Source: a virus
Direction: 5' to 3' (one strand)
DNA length: 64,000 nt
Virus record (IMG/VR): IMGVR_UViG_3300011013_000009
Coordinates: 1 to 64,000 of that record
In this document: positions 46,809 through 57,466 of the stretch, piece by piece
How positions within the stretch are numbered: position 1 is the stretch's first letter
How the letters are laid out: every line of letters starts with the position of its first letter
Notes under the pieces: generated by a model
Database searches by the model: none
The model's input: only the letters and a program-made list of their open reading frames with translations
What the model was told of the DNA's origin: nothing
Made by a program: the position numbers and the translations under genes

Positions 46809-47750
46809 ATGAAGAATCTTAAATTACTTCAATTATTAGAGTCTGTATTAGGTAAAGGTAAGAAAACCTCAGGAGATAATATAGCATTTTTCTCTCCATT
46901 TACTTCGCATTATAAACCTAAATTAGAAATAAATCTTAACACATCAATAGAAGGCCAGAATCCATGGCACTGTTGGATATCTGATAGAAAAGGGCGAACA
47001 ATTGGTTCGCTATTTAAACAACTAAAACTCCCAAAAGAAAAATTTGAGCAATTAAGTCGAATAATACAAACGGCAAAATATCGCAATAATGAAACAGTAA
47101 AAACAGAAGAGACATTAAGATTACCAGAAGAATACATACCACTCTGGATTCCAAAGAAAACACCTGATTATCGTAATGCAATGCATTATTTAAAAACAAG
47201 AGGAGTTACTATATTTGATATTATTAGATACAGAATTGGGTATGCTGAATCTGGCGAGTATTCCGGAAAAATAATTATACCAAGTTATAATAAAGAAGGA
47301 CTTATAAATTATTTTGTATCAAGAGCATATTATTCAAGCGATTCTTATAAACACAAAAATCCAAAAGTATCAAAAGATATAATAGGATTTGAAATGTTAA
47401 TTAATTGGGCAGAGCCAATTGTTTTATGTGAAGGAGCGTTTGATGCAATAGCAATAAAAAGAAATGCGATACCATTATTTGGAAAAATAATACAACCAAC
47501 ATTACAGAAAAAAATTATAGAAGAACGGGTAAAAGATATATACTTATGTTTAGATCAAGATGCAATTAAAAAAGCATTATCTATCGCAGAGAAATTTATG
47601 GCAGAAGGATTAAATGTATATTTCGTAGAATTGCCGGACAAAGACCCAAGTGAGTTAGGGTTTGAAACAATAAACAAGATGATTACAAATACAACTACAT
47701 TTTCATTTGAAAGGTTAATGCAGTTAAGAATGAATATAATATGGAAATAA
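46809..47750 (+). CDS. DNA primase (TOPRIM)
   Basis: WHCW Zn-binding remnant, YLKTRG, IIIP, LCEGAFDA, CLDQDA, KDPSE. Confidence 0.88.
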   Translation: MKNLKLLQLLESVLGKGKKTSGDNIAFFSPFTSHYKPKLEINLNTSIEGQNPWHCWISDRKGRTIGSLFKQLKLPKEKFEQLSRIIQTAKYRNNETVKTEETLRLPEEYIPLWIPKKTPDYRNAMHYLKTRGVTIFDIIRYRIGYAESGEYSGKIIIPSYNKEGLINYFVSRAYYSSDSYKHKNPKVSKDIIGFEMLINWAEPIVLCEGAFDAIAIKRNAIPLFGKIIQPTLQKKIIEERVKDIYLCLDQDAIKKALSIAEKFMAEGLNVYFVELPDKDPSELGFETINKMITNTTTFSFERLMQLRMNIIWK

Positions 47751-50700
47751 AAGAATTAGAAACTAATATAGAGTATATTGATAAGATATTTCACATATCT
47801 GATATACATATTAGAACACTAAAACGACACAATGAATTTAATAAAGTTTTTGACAATATGTTTTTACACATTGCTCAACACGCAACAGATTCTAGTATTT
47901 GTGTTGTAACTGGAGATATAGTACATTCTAAATTAGAAATGTCTCCGGAACTAATAAACATGTTAACTAAATTCTTTCGTGGCTTTACAATTCCTACAAT
48001 TGTTATGTTAGGAAATCACGATATGAATTTAAATAATTTAAATCGAATAGATGCACTGTCGCCTATATTAAATGTAATTAATAATCCAAATATACATTTT
48101 ATAAAAGAGAATGGGCTGTTTAAATTAGGAAATGTTGTCTTTAATCATATGGCAGTAGATGTACAGCCTGAAAATTATATACGAGCAAAAGATTTTGATG
48201 CACCATATAAAATTGCATTACACCATGGAGCAGTAGATAGCGCAGTTACAGATGTAGGATTTGAAATTTCAAATGATCATGTAAAGACAGATTTATTCGA
48301 AGGACATGATTTAACATTATTAGGAGATATTCACAAACCAGCACAATTTTTAAATACAGAAAAAACAATTGGATATCCTGGAAGTTTAATTCAACAAAAT
48401 CATGGAGAGGCATTAGATCATGGTATGTTAGTTTGGGACCTCCCAAGTAAAACATCTGAATTTATACAAGTACATAATGAATATGGTTATGTTACATTTG
48501 AAGTTAATAAATCAACTATTGTAGATGCACCACACCGAGTTCCAGAAAAACCAAGAGTAAGAATAAAATTTAATGGAACAGATGCAGCAGATATTAAAAA
48601 ATTAATTGCAACTATTCGAAACAAATATGATGTACAAGACATTTCAATTCAACGGAATACTGACGAATTAGAACAACAGGAATTAGAAGTAAATACAATT
48701 GGAAATGTAAGAGATGTTGAATATCAAAATACAATGATAACGGAATATGTTGAAAACACATTTCCAGATGCATTAGATTCAGAAGTAGATGCAGTAAGAC
48801 ACATTAATAGAACAATGAATTCTAAATTACCAGCACTCGATTCTGTTAGAAACGTAACTTGGTATCCTGTGTCATTTGAATTCGAAAATATGTTTTCATA
48901 TGGCAAAAAAAGTACTATTGACTTTTCTAAATTAAATGATGTAGTAGGATTATTTGCCGCAAATACATCTGGAAAATCATCTTTATTAGACGCAATAACA
49001 TATACTATATTTGATAAATGTAGCAAGACAAGTAAATCAAAAGAAGTTTTAAATAATAAAAAGTCTACATTTAAAGGAGTATTTAAATTCATGTTAAATA
49101 ATGAATTATATACTATTGAGCGAGAAGGAATAACATTAAAACATGGACATGTTAAAGTAAATGTTAATTTTCATAATGAAACTGAAAATTTCAATGGGGA
49201 AGAAAGAAGTGATACAAATAAAATGATTCGAAAGTATCTTGGTACTTATGATGATTTCATATTAACTGCATTTTCATTACAAGCAGATAATAATAATTTT
49301 ATAGAAAAGTCACAACGAGAAAGAAAAGATTTATTATCACAATTTCTAGATACAACCGTATTTGAACAATTATATCATATTGCATCACAAGAAGTAAAAG
49401 AGACAGCTGGCAAGTTAAAAGAATATAAAAAGACGGATTTTGGAGAAATTATAAAACAATCTGATGAAATTATAACTGATGAGCAACAAGAAATTACAGA
49501 ATTAGAAAAATCAGAACACGACTTACAAGAGTCACGAAATCAATTACAAGACGACATTTTAGAATTAATTGACCAAAAACAACCAACATCATATGATGGG
49601 CCAGATTTGGAAAAATTACAAGATGTACAAGAAGATTTAGATTCAGAAATAGATACTACAGAAAGTAATATACAAGATCAAGAAGAAGTTGTACAACAAA
49701 CTAATTCCAAATTTAAAGAGTTTAGCGATACTGTTAACGATAATCAAGAAGTTACTACAGAAATATTAAAAGAGAAAATTGAAAAGCGTGCTCCTATTGT
49801 AAAAGAATTTGAAAGAAATATAAAAAAAATTACCAAGGAAGAAACTGAGTTAAAACAATTAATAAAAATACAAAAGAAAAAATTAGATCATTTAAAAACA
49901 CACGAATATGATCCAAATTGTAAATATTGTACATCAAATGTTTTTATTAAAGAAGCGGAACAAGCAAAACAAGAATTGCCTGATAATGAAATTAGATTAG
50001 AGTCAAAACAAAAAGCAATAAAGCATTTCCAAAAACAAGCAGATGGAATTACAGAAACAATATCCAAATATCAATTAGGAGTAGACTTATTAAATAAATT
50101 AGAAACTCAAAAATTACAATTACAAGTAATGCAAAGCGATTTGCAAACAAAAGAGAATGAATTAAAAACAAATAAAAATCAACAAGACAATTATATAAAA
50201 AATGAATCTTCGATCATACATAATAGCGGAATAGATTCAAAAATTGAAAATAATAAATCATTAATAAAAGATATTAGTACTACATTAAAAGGTATAACTG
50301 GGTCGATTAAATCTAAACATGGAAAAATTGAAGTAGCAAAAACTAAAAAGAAAAATGCAATCGAACAAATTGAAAAATATAAACAATTAGAAACAGAATA
50401 TAAAGCATATGAATATTATTTAAGTGCTGTTGGAAGAAATGGCGTTTCATATGAATTAGTTAAAATTGCATTGCCTAAAATTGAAAACGAAATAAATAAT
50501 GTATTAAACCAAGTAGTTGATTTTAATATGGTTTTACAGACAGATGGAAAAAATATTAATGGATATATTATTTATGATGAAGATAATTTTTGGCCATTAG
50601 AATTAACATCAGGAATGGAAAGATTTATTTCTTCATTAGCAATTCGTGTAGCATTAATAAATGTATCAGCATTACCAAGACCAAATTTCATAGCAATAGA

Positions 50701-50881
50701 TGAAGGCTGGGGCAGTTTAGATCAAAACCATATGTCATCAATTTCAAATCTATTTGAATATTTTAGAACCAAATTTGAGTTTTGTATTATTATTTCACAC
50801 GTTGATACAATGAGAGATATGGTAGATAATTTAATCGAGGTAAATAAGATAGATAATTTCAGCCAGATTGTACATACTTAA
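47741..50881 (+). CDS. fused SbcD/Mre11 nuclease - SbcC/Rad50 ATPase (T4 gp47-gp46-like)
   Basis: SDIH, TGD, GNHD, LGDIH, YPGS phosphoesterase motifs; Walker A NTSGKSS, CKYC zinc hook, SGME signature, IDEGWGSLD Walker B, ISH. Confidence 0.9.
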   Translation: MEIKELETNIEYIDKIFHISDIHIRTLKRHNEFNKVFDNMFLHIAQHATDSSICVVTGDIVHSKLEMSPELINMLTKFFRGFTIPTIVMLGNHDMNLNNLNRIDALSPILNVINNPNIHFIKENGLFKLGNVVFNHMAVDVQPENYIRAKDFDAPYKIALHHGAVDSAVTDVGFEISNDHVKTDLFEGHDLTLLGDIHKPAQFLNTEKTIGYPGSLIQQNHGEALDHGMLVWDLPSKTSEFIQVHNEYGYVTFEVNKSTIVDAPHRVPEKPRVRIKFNGTDAADIKKLIATIRNKYDVQDISIQRNTDELEQQELEVNTIGNVRDVEYQNTMITEYVENTFPDALDSEVDAVRHINRTMNSKLPALDSVRNVTWYPVSFEFENMFSYGKKSTIDFSKLNDVVGLFAANTSGKSSLLDAITYTIFDKCSKTSKSKEVLNNKKSTFKGVFKFMLNNELYTIEREGITLKHGHVKVNVNFHNETENFNGEERSDTNKMIRKYLGTYDDFILTAFSLQADNNNFIEKSQRERKDLLSQFLDTTVFEQLYHIASQEVKETAGKLKEYKKTDFGEIIKQSDEIITDEQQEITELEKSEHDLQESRNQLQDDILELIDQKQPTSYDGPDLEKLQDVQEDLDSEIDTTESNIQDQEEVVQQTNSKFKEFSDTVNDNQEVTTEILKEKIEKRAPIVKEFERNIKKITKEETELKQLIKIQKKKLDHLKTHEYDPNCKYCTSNVFIKEAEQAKQELPDNEIRLESKQKAIKHFQKQADGITETISKYQLGVDLLNKLETQKLQLQVMQSDLQTKENELKTNKNQQDNYIKNESSIIHNSGIDSKIENNKSLIKDISTTLKGITGSIKSKHGKIEVAKTKKKNAIEQIEKYKQLETEYKAYEYYLSAVGRNGVSYELVKIALPKIENEINNVLNQVVDFNMVLQTDGKNINGYIIYDEDNFWPLELTSGMERFISSLAIRVALINVSALPRPNFIAIDEGWGSLDQNHMSSISNLFEYFRTKFEFCIIISHVDTMRDMVDNLIEVNKIDNFSQIVHT

Positions 50882-50906
50882 TATTTATAGAAAAGAGTAA
50901 TGTTAA

Positions 50907-53900
50907 ATGGCAAAACAGCGGGCAGTAAAAAAAGGATTTGATACAATTCCAACTTATTTTACAGACACATCTGTATCATCTCCAGATGTATTCAAAATTA
51001 CTAAACTCCCATTACGATTCACAGCCGGCAAAAATTTAATTAAATTACAAGGCAATACTGATAATTTAAAATTAGGAACACTTGTTGATGTTGAAGTTTT
51101 AGATTATAATGGAGACCCAATATATTCTGAGTTTATTGATTATCTAGAAGAAGATAAGTCTAGAGTCATTGCAATTTATGTTTATGAAGATACATCTCCT
51201 GGTGACTGTACTGTTACTATTACTGGAACGTTGTCTAAACTCAACGGACAGCCAGTTCCACAAGAATGGCAAGGCAAAACAAATGTTAAATGGATTAAAC
51301 AATTTCCAGTTAATCCTACAGATCCAAATGAAACAGAAATAATATTCACAAAAGAACCTACAATAACTGTTGAAGAAAATGTAGGAGTACAGTTAGATAG
51401 AAATTATACAACAACTCAATTCCCAACATATACTACAGGAACAGTTGAATATTTTTTTAAAAATAATCAGCCGGCATTACAATTAGTAGGTGGAAAATTT
51501 GAAGGAGATATGATCGGAGGAACTATTACAGTTGCTAGCCCAACAAACCCAGCACCAACACCAAATTATACTCCATCCACTACACAATTTACATCTAAAA
51601 TAAAAAAAGTATTAAATGACAATTCAGTAACATTAGAAACACCATTTACTGTTTTAAGCAACAAAACAATATCATCTCATACATATAATCATTTTGATCC
51701 ATCATCATTTAGTTTATCATATGAAGCAGACCCAACATATGTCGCAACACAAAATTCAGAATCATTTGCATTATTACAAATAAATGATTTAGATCCAGCA
51801 ACAGGAGATATTTCAAGAATAAAAGTTTATACCAACGGGAGTGGCACTGTTGGCACATGGGAACAAGTAAATGATGTATTGTTAGAAGGCACAGAAATAT
51901 TTGTAGATTCTACAGCATCATTAACACCAGATCAATCTATAGGAATATTTACAACACAAAGTATAATTGATACGTATTGGGAAGGACATTTATATTTAGG
52001 CAATTCTGAATCAACTGAACCAGCTTTATTATGGAGGACTGGATCAATTAATAATGGAATGTTAATTCGCAGTACTACAAATATTAATGCAAAAACAGAT
52101 GTATTGGTTGCACAAGTAACAGATCAATATTCTGGATTTTTCGTAAGCCAGTCACAATATAAAGTTACAATTGATGCATTTGCAGAAAGAAGTATTTTAT
52201 CAGATTATAATAATCCTAAACTATCGATATATGCATCTGGTTCTGCATTTAATTTTGATACAACCGATGTTCTAAATCAATCGTTGCCAGTAACATTAGG
52301 TAAGAAAATTGGAGAAATAGAAAGCACTGCAAAAACATCGCAACGGTATGATGATATAGAATTTGAATTTAAATCAGATCAATCAGGTAATGGCTCTTTG
52401 TTATTTGTAGTAGAAGCAGGAAAATGGTATATTGCTGATATAAGAACAGTAACAAGTGCAGAAATAGGTTACAGCCCAAATTACACAAGAATTAGATCTG
52501 AAATACCAACTAAACATAAAAGTGATAATCAATTATCATTTAAAGTAGAATATTATAATGTAATTGGTGATAGAAGTAAAACTATTAGTTATGTTAATAA
52601 TAAAACTTGGGAAGGTGGAAATAGATATATTGACGGAGCATTTTCAATGCTTACTGGTTCATTATATGTAGCTGATACATTAGAATCAGGTATAGATATT
52701 TCCGGATTAAAAGATACAGGCTTTATTCGTTCATTACCATATGGAGGATTTAATCAAGCAACAGGATCAGGAGCACCAGGATTTTTATTGTTTTCTGGAT
52801 CTGCATTGCCAAATCAAACAGCAACATCATATCAAGGCGTTGGATTAGAAATGGTTGCTGATGCAAATAACTATTTTAGATTTAGAACCAATCCATCAAT
52901 ATTAGATATAAGAACAGAAACAATATTTTTGAGTGGTAGTAATGTTGAAATAAATACTCCAAATTTCTTTTTAGGAGTGGAAGGAGGAGTTTATTTATCT
53001 GGATCAAATGGAAATATTGCAATTTCTGCTTCTAATTTTTCTGTATCTCAAGAAGGAAGTGTAACTGCATCAAATGCATTATTTAGTGGAGTAGCATTAG
53101 CTAATATTATACGGGATAAAACTATAATTGTAAATGATGGTAATAGCGGAAGTTATTTACAATTAGTAGATATAGAACCAGGCGGTGGTATATGTTATGC
53201 AACACAAGTTGTTTTCGATGGGTCATTGGGTGGAGAAACAGTCCGAAGACTACGTATAGCAACAACTAATTTACCATATTCGCCAACCTTCCCTGCCGGC
53301 ACAAACGGAGCACCTATAGGAGATTTTTTACTTCCGGAATTATCTAGTACATCAAAATTAGATTTTGTTTTAGAATTTGCTGGTGACAATAAATCTGTAT
53401 TTGATGTGTTTACTCCATCGAAAGCAGCCGGTGGCCCTAGCCCCCCACCATTCACTTGTCCACCAGACTATATTACATTAGACGCGAATTCTGTATTAAC
53501 TTTCGTAGCCGGCGGATCTGGGCTTACTTGGTTAACAACTGCTGGTACACAACACCCGTTTGATCATACATTTAACCGCAATATTACAATCGGAGATGGA
53601 GATTCAAGTGGAGGATCAATACAGGTAATAAAGTCAGGGTCAAATACCGGCACCTCTGCCAGGATTGGTCCTTATATTGAACTTATTAATCCAACTTATG
53701 GAAACACTAATAAATTTACTATATCACAAGGAGGAACTACTGGAACTACTCCACTCGTATTAGCAAACAATGAGCCATATTGGGGAATTGTATCTAACCA
53801 AGTAGGTACTATATTTAATGAACCATATATAGCATTTTCTGGATCTTTAAATGGAGATACTAGAAAAACAATGATTACTAGTGCACTGTATCACAATTGG

Positions 53901-54209
53901 CGCGAAATATCATCTGCTGGAACATATGATGCCAACGGAGATGATTATTTTATTATTGTTAATCACACAACTGGTACTGTTACAATAGAGCCATCTGCCG
54001 TAGCTTCGGAACAAGGGCGTGTTTTAAAAATAATATATACCGGAACTGGTGGAACATTAGTTATTAATCCTCCCGGCTTCGGAGTTATATTAATTGCCGG
54101 TGGAGGAGTACTAACTAGGACTACTACTGTGCAAGGATCTGCTATATCATTAGTAGCAAACGGAGCTACATCGTGGATACAATTCGCAGAAACTGGCACA
54201 TGGACATAA
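50907..54209 (+). CDS. tail fibre / large structural protein (1100 aa)
   Basis: Beta-rich, G/S/T-rich, variable C-terminus; late promoter 50881. Confidence 0.65.
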   Translation: MAKQRAVKKGFDTIPTYFTDTSVSSPDVFKITKLPLRFTAGKNLIKLQGNTDNLKLGTLVDVEVLDYNGDPIYSEFIDYLEEDKSRVIAIYVYEDTSPGDCTVTITGTLSKLNGQPVPQEWQGKTNVKWIKQFPVNPTDPNETEIIFTKEPTITVEENVGVQLDRNYTTTQFPTYTTGTVEYFFKNNQPALQLVGGKFEGDMIGGTITVASPTNPAPTPNYTPSTTQFTSKIKKVLNDNSVTLETPFTVLSNKTISSHTYNHFDPSSFSLSYEADPTYVATQNSESFALLQINDLDPATGDISRIKVYTNGSGTVGTWEQVNDVLLEGTEIFVDSTASLTPDQSIGIFTTQSIIDTYWEGHLYLGNSESTEPALLWRTGSINNGMLIRSTTNINAKTDVLVAQVTDQYSGFFVSQSQYKVTIDAFAERSILSDYNNPKLSIYASGSAFNFDTTDVLNQSLPVTLGKKIGEIESTAKTSQRYDDIEFEFKSDQSGNGSLLFVVEAGKWYIADIRTVTSAEIGYSPNYTRIRSEIPTKHKSDNQLSFKVEYYNVIGDRSKTISYVNNKTWEGGNRYIDGAFSMLTGSLYVADTLESGIDISGLKDTGFIRSLPYGGFNQATGSGAPGFLLFSGSALPNQTATSYQGVGLEMVADANNYFRFRTNPSILDIRTETIFLSGSNVEINTPNFFLGVEGGVYLSGSNGNIAISASNFSVSQEGSVTASNALFSGVALANIIRDKTIIVNDGNSGSYLQLVDIEPGGGICYATQVVFDGSLGGETVRRLRIATTNLPYSPTFPAGTNGAPIGDFLLPELSSTSKLDFVLEFAGDNKSVFDVFTPSKAAGGPSPPPFTCPPDYITLDANSVLTFVAGGSGLTWLTTAGTQHPFDHTFNRNITIGDGDSSGGSIQVIKSGSNTGTSARIGPYIELINPTYGNTNKFTISQGGTTGTTPLVLANNEPYWGIVSNQVGTIFNEPYIAFSGSLNGDTRKTMITSALYHNWREISSAGTYDANGDDYFIIVNHTTGTVTIEPSAVASEQGRVLKIIYTGTGGTLVINPPGFGVILIAGGGVLTRTTTVQGSAISLVANGATSWIQFAETGTWT

Positions 54210-54258
54210 TTTTAATATTAATATAAACTAACTAGATATTTATAATAAAGAATAAAAA

Positions 54259-57200
54259 ATGGATAAAGTAACAGTATTATTCCCAGGAGGATTTAAACCA
54301 ATCACAGGAGCTCATATGGCTCTTGCTCAACGATACGCACAAAACCCAAATGTTAATAAAGTTTTAATGTTTATTGGACCAAAAGCAAGACATGGAGTAA
54401 CAAGAGATCAATCCAAACAAATATTCAATTTATTAAATAGAAACAAAAAAATACAATTAATATATTCTAGATTAAATTCTCCAATTGCATCAGCATTTGA
54501 TTATTTACTTACAATGCCAGAAGACACTGTCGGAAAATTTGCATTAGCAGCTGCGAATAAAGATAAAGACTATGTACGAATAAAAGATTTTATTGGAGCA
54601 GTTGATAAATATAAAATTAATCCAGACAAAAAAGGAAATAAAATTCCACAAGGAGTAGATGCTATAGAATTAATGGTAAATGTAGACCCATTAACATATC
54701 CAAACGGAGAACCTATATCTGCAGATTCAACTATATCTACAATAAATTCCGGAGAGTTATCAAAATTTAAAGACAGCTATCCAAATTACTCAGATGCTAT
54801 AGTAAAAAATATATGGCAACTATTAGGTGGAGAATCTACATTTGGAGATGAATTTGGAGATGAAGCAAAATCAAGAGTACAAAAAAGTGCGGGCATAAAA
54901 CCAAAAGAAGATTTTTCTACACAAATGCCATTAATAGGATGGGAATATGATAAATTTGTAGAGAATTATAAAAATCTACACCCAGATAATGTAGTAGAAG
55001 ATGGCCCTGATAATTACACATATGGATATAGAAAAGGCGATACCCAAGCCCATTGGAAATATGATGATTTAGACAATGTAATACAATCAGACTCGAATAA
55101 AGAAATTAGAAAAGTAATTGGATCTCCCCAAACCGCAACGTTATGGAAAGAATCTAAATATGGCAATCAAGTGTCGTGGAATACAAGTCCTATACAAACA
55201 GCTTCTGGCCAAATGCCAAAAGAAAAACACACTGATGGTAAAGGAAATGAATTGCCAACTAAAGATGAATACGAAATAGGAGACAAAGTAGAAATCCCAT
55301 ATCAATATATGGTTACTACTGGAATAGTTAGAAGTATTGATAAGAGAGGCAAATCAAACCCAAGAAATTGGGAATATACAGTACAACAAAAAGGCGATGA
55401 AGCAGGAACAAAAGAAGAGGATGGTTATAACGGACCTAGGTCATATCCATGGGGATATGATATATATGGGTATTGGCCTGATAAAGAAAAAAATGAAAGT
55501 ATACTCACAAAAGATTGGTGGGTAAATGAATTACTTGCAGATGCAAAACAAATGTTCAATGAATTAAGAACAGGCAAAAGATTAAGAGTATTTGATTTTG
55601 ATGACACATTAAGCAAAATGAATGCTACTATATATGTTACACACAGAGATGGAAATAAGACAAATTTAAGTCCAGCAGAATTTGCAGTATATGAGCCAAG
55701 GCCAGGCGATGACTTTGATTTTAGAGATTTTGATAAAATTATAAAAGGAGCAACACCAATATCTGTTAACATAGAAGCACTACGAAAAGCACAAAATGAT
55801 CCTGGAGCAAAAACAACAATATTAACTGCGAGAGGAATAGGATACCCAGTAAAAAGATATTTAGAAAGAGAACACGGAATAAAAAATGTTTATGTAGTAG
55901 CATTAGGTTCATCAGACCCAATGGATAAAGCAAGGTGGATAGAAGACCAAATTAAAAAAGGATATGACGACATTTATTTTATAGACGATTCTCATAAAAA
56001 TATAGCCGCAGTAAAAACATTGATAGATAAATATCCAGATGTACATATGGATGTCGAATTGGCAGAAGGATATGAAACTCCAAAAGGAGCTAAAGCGCAC
56101 ATTAAAAAAATAAGCAAATTAAGAAAATATTTAGATAAAGATGATAATAAAGGATTTGTTTATGACTTCGATAAATTTCCTAAAACTGTGTTTGGAACCA
56201 AACATTTAACTGAAGGCGGATTAGCTGGACATATGAATCACCCATTTGAGCGAGCAACATCAAGATCACTGACATTTGGAGATATGAAAGAAATAGTTGC
56301 TAGGGCATTACAAGGAAGATTAGATATTGAATCTGTTGTAACAGAAAAGACTGATGGATTAAATATATTTGTAACAGTTAAAGATGGACAAGTTAAATTT
56401 GCAAGAAATAAAGGAGAAAGAGTCAATCCACTAACTGCAAAAGAGTTAGCTACAAAATTTGCCGGTCGAGGAGATTTAACAAAAGCATTCACAGAAACTG
56501 GGGAAGATTTAGCATCAGCATTTTCACAAGTTAATTCAGAAACAATACAAAGTATATTCCAAAATGGACGTGTATTTGCAAACATGGAAATTATATATCC
56601 AGATACTAAAAATGTTATTTCATATGATATTGCAGCATTACAATTTCACAATTTACAGGAATTTGATGAAAAAGGAAATGTAGTCCAAACTGATATGACA
56701 GGAGCAAATGTAATACAAAAAGCAGTCGAAGATGCAAATGCTCATATGCAAAAAACATTTAATTTAATACCACCAAATAAAATTAAAGTTGGACAGTTAG
56801 AAGATTTTGAAGATTACCAAGATGCGTTATTTAATGAATTAGACCAATTAAAAAATCAATATGAATTAGATGATAAAGATACTATATCTGAATATCATAA
56901 AGGGTGGTGGAGAGATGTAATACAAGATAAAGCAACTGAATTAGGATATGAAATTCCAGAAGAAGTTTTAGAATTGTTAGTCGATAGATGGGCATTCAAT
57001 TTAAAAGGCACAAGAATCACAGCTGTTAAAAAAATGATTGACAATGAAAAATTTGCAAATTGGGTTACTGATTTTGATAAAAAAGATTTTAAACAATATC
57101 AAAAACAAAATGTAGAACCATTTGAATCTGTATTTTTAAAATTAGGTGCAGAGGTATTAAAGAATGTTTCTAGTATGTTGGCTGCAAATCCTAATAAAAC

Positions 57201-57438
57201 GGCACAACAAATAAGAAAAGATTTAGCATCTGTAATTCGAGAACTAAGAGCAACCAATGATTTAAGAAAATTAGAATTAATGAAAACACATTTACAAAAA
57301 ATTCAACGAATGGGAGGATTTGAAAAAATCGTGCCAATTGAAGGTTTAGTATTCGTGTATGGTGGGAATACTTATAAATTAACTGGATCATTTGCACCAA
57401 TAAATCAAATATTAAACATTGTAAAGTATTCTAGATAA
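54259..57438 (+). CDS. multidomain protein: cytidyltransferase-like + HAD phosphatase + ATP-dependent ligase-like
   Basis: FPGGFKPITGAH; RVFDFDDTL, ILTAR, FIDDSHKN; TEKTDGLN, IEGLVF, YKLTG. Confidence 0.75.
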   Translation: MDKVTVLFPGGFKPITGAHMALAQRYAQNPNVNKVLMFIGPKARHGVTRDQSKQIFNLLNRNKKIQLIYSRLNSPIASAFDYLLTMPEDTVGKFALAAANKDKDYVRIKDFIGAVDKYKINPDKKGNKIPQGVDAIELMVNVDPLTYPNGEPISADSTISTINSGELSKFKDSYPNYSDAIVKNIWQLLGGESTFGDEFGDEAKSRVQKSAGIKPKEDFSTQMPLIGWEYDKFVENYKNLHPDNVVEDGPDNYTYGYRKGDTQAHWKYDDLDNVIQSDSNKEIRKVIGSPQTATLWKESKYGNQVSWNTSPIQTASGQMPKEKHTDGKGNELPTKDEYEIGDKVEIPYQYMVTTGIVRSIDKRGKSNPRNWEYTVQQKGDEAGTKEEDGYNGPRSYPWGYDIYGYWPDKEKNESILTKDWWVNELLADAKQMFNELRTGKRLRVFDFDDTLSKMNATIYVTHRDGNKTNLSPAEFAVYEPRPGDDFDFRDFDKIIKGATPISVNIEALRKAQNDPGAKTTILTARGIGYPVKRYLEREHGIKNVYVVALGSSDPMDKARWIEDQIKKGYDDIYFIDDSHKNIAAVKTLIDKYPDVHMDVELAEGYETPKGAKAHIKKISKLRKYLDKDDNKGFVYDFDKFPKTVFGTKHLTEGGLAGHMNHPFERATSRSLTFGDMKEIVARALQGRLDIESVVTEKTDGLNIFVTVKDGQVKFARNKGERVNPLTAKELATKFAGRGDLTKAFTETGEDLASAFSQVNSETIQSIFQNGRVFANMEIIYPDTKNVISYDIAALQFHNLQEFDEKGNVVQTDMTGANVIQKAVEDANAHMQKTFNLIPPNKIKVGQLEDFEDYQDALFNELDQLKNQYELDDKDTISEYHKGWWRDVIQDKATELGYEIPEEVLELLVDRWAFNLKGTRITAVKKMIDNEKFANWVTDFDKKDFKQYQKQNVEPFESVFLKLGAEVLKNVSSMLAANPNKTAQQIRKDLASVIRELRATNDLRKLELMKTHLQKIQRMGGFEKIVPIEGLVFVYGGNTYKLTGSFAPINQILNIVKYSR

Positions 57439-57466
57439 TATTTATATTAAAAATAAGGCAATAGCT

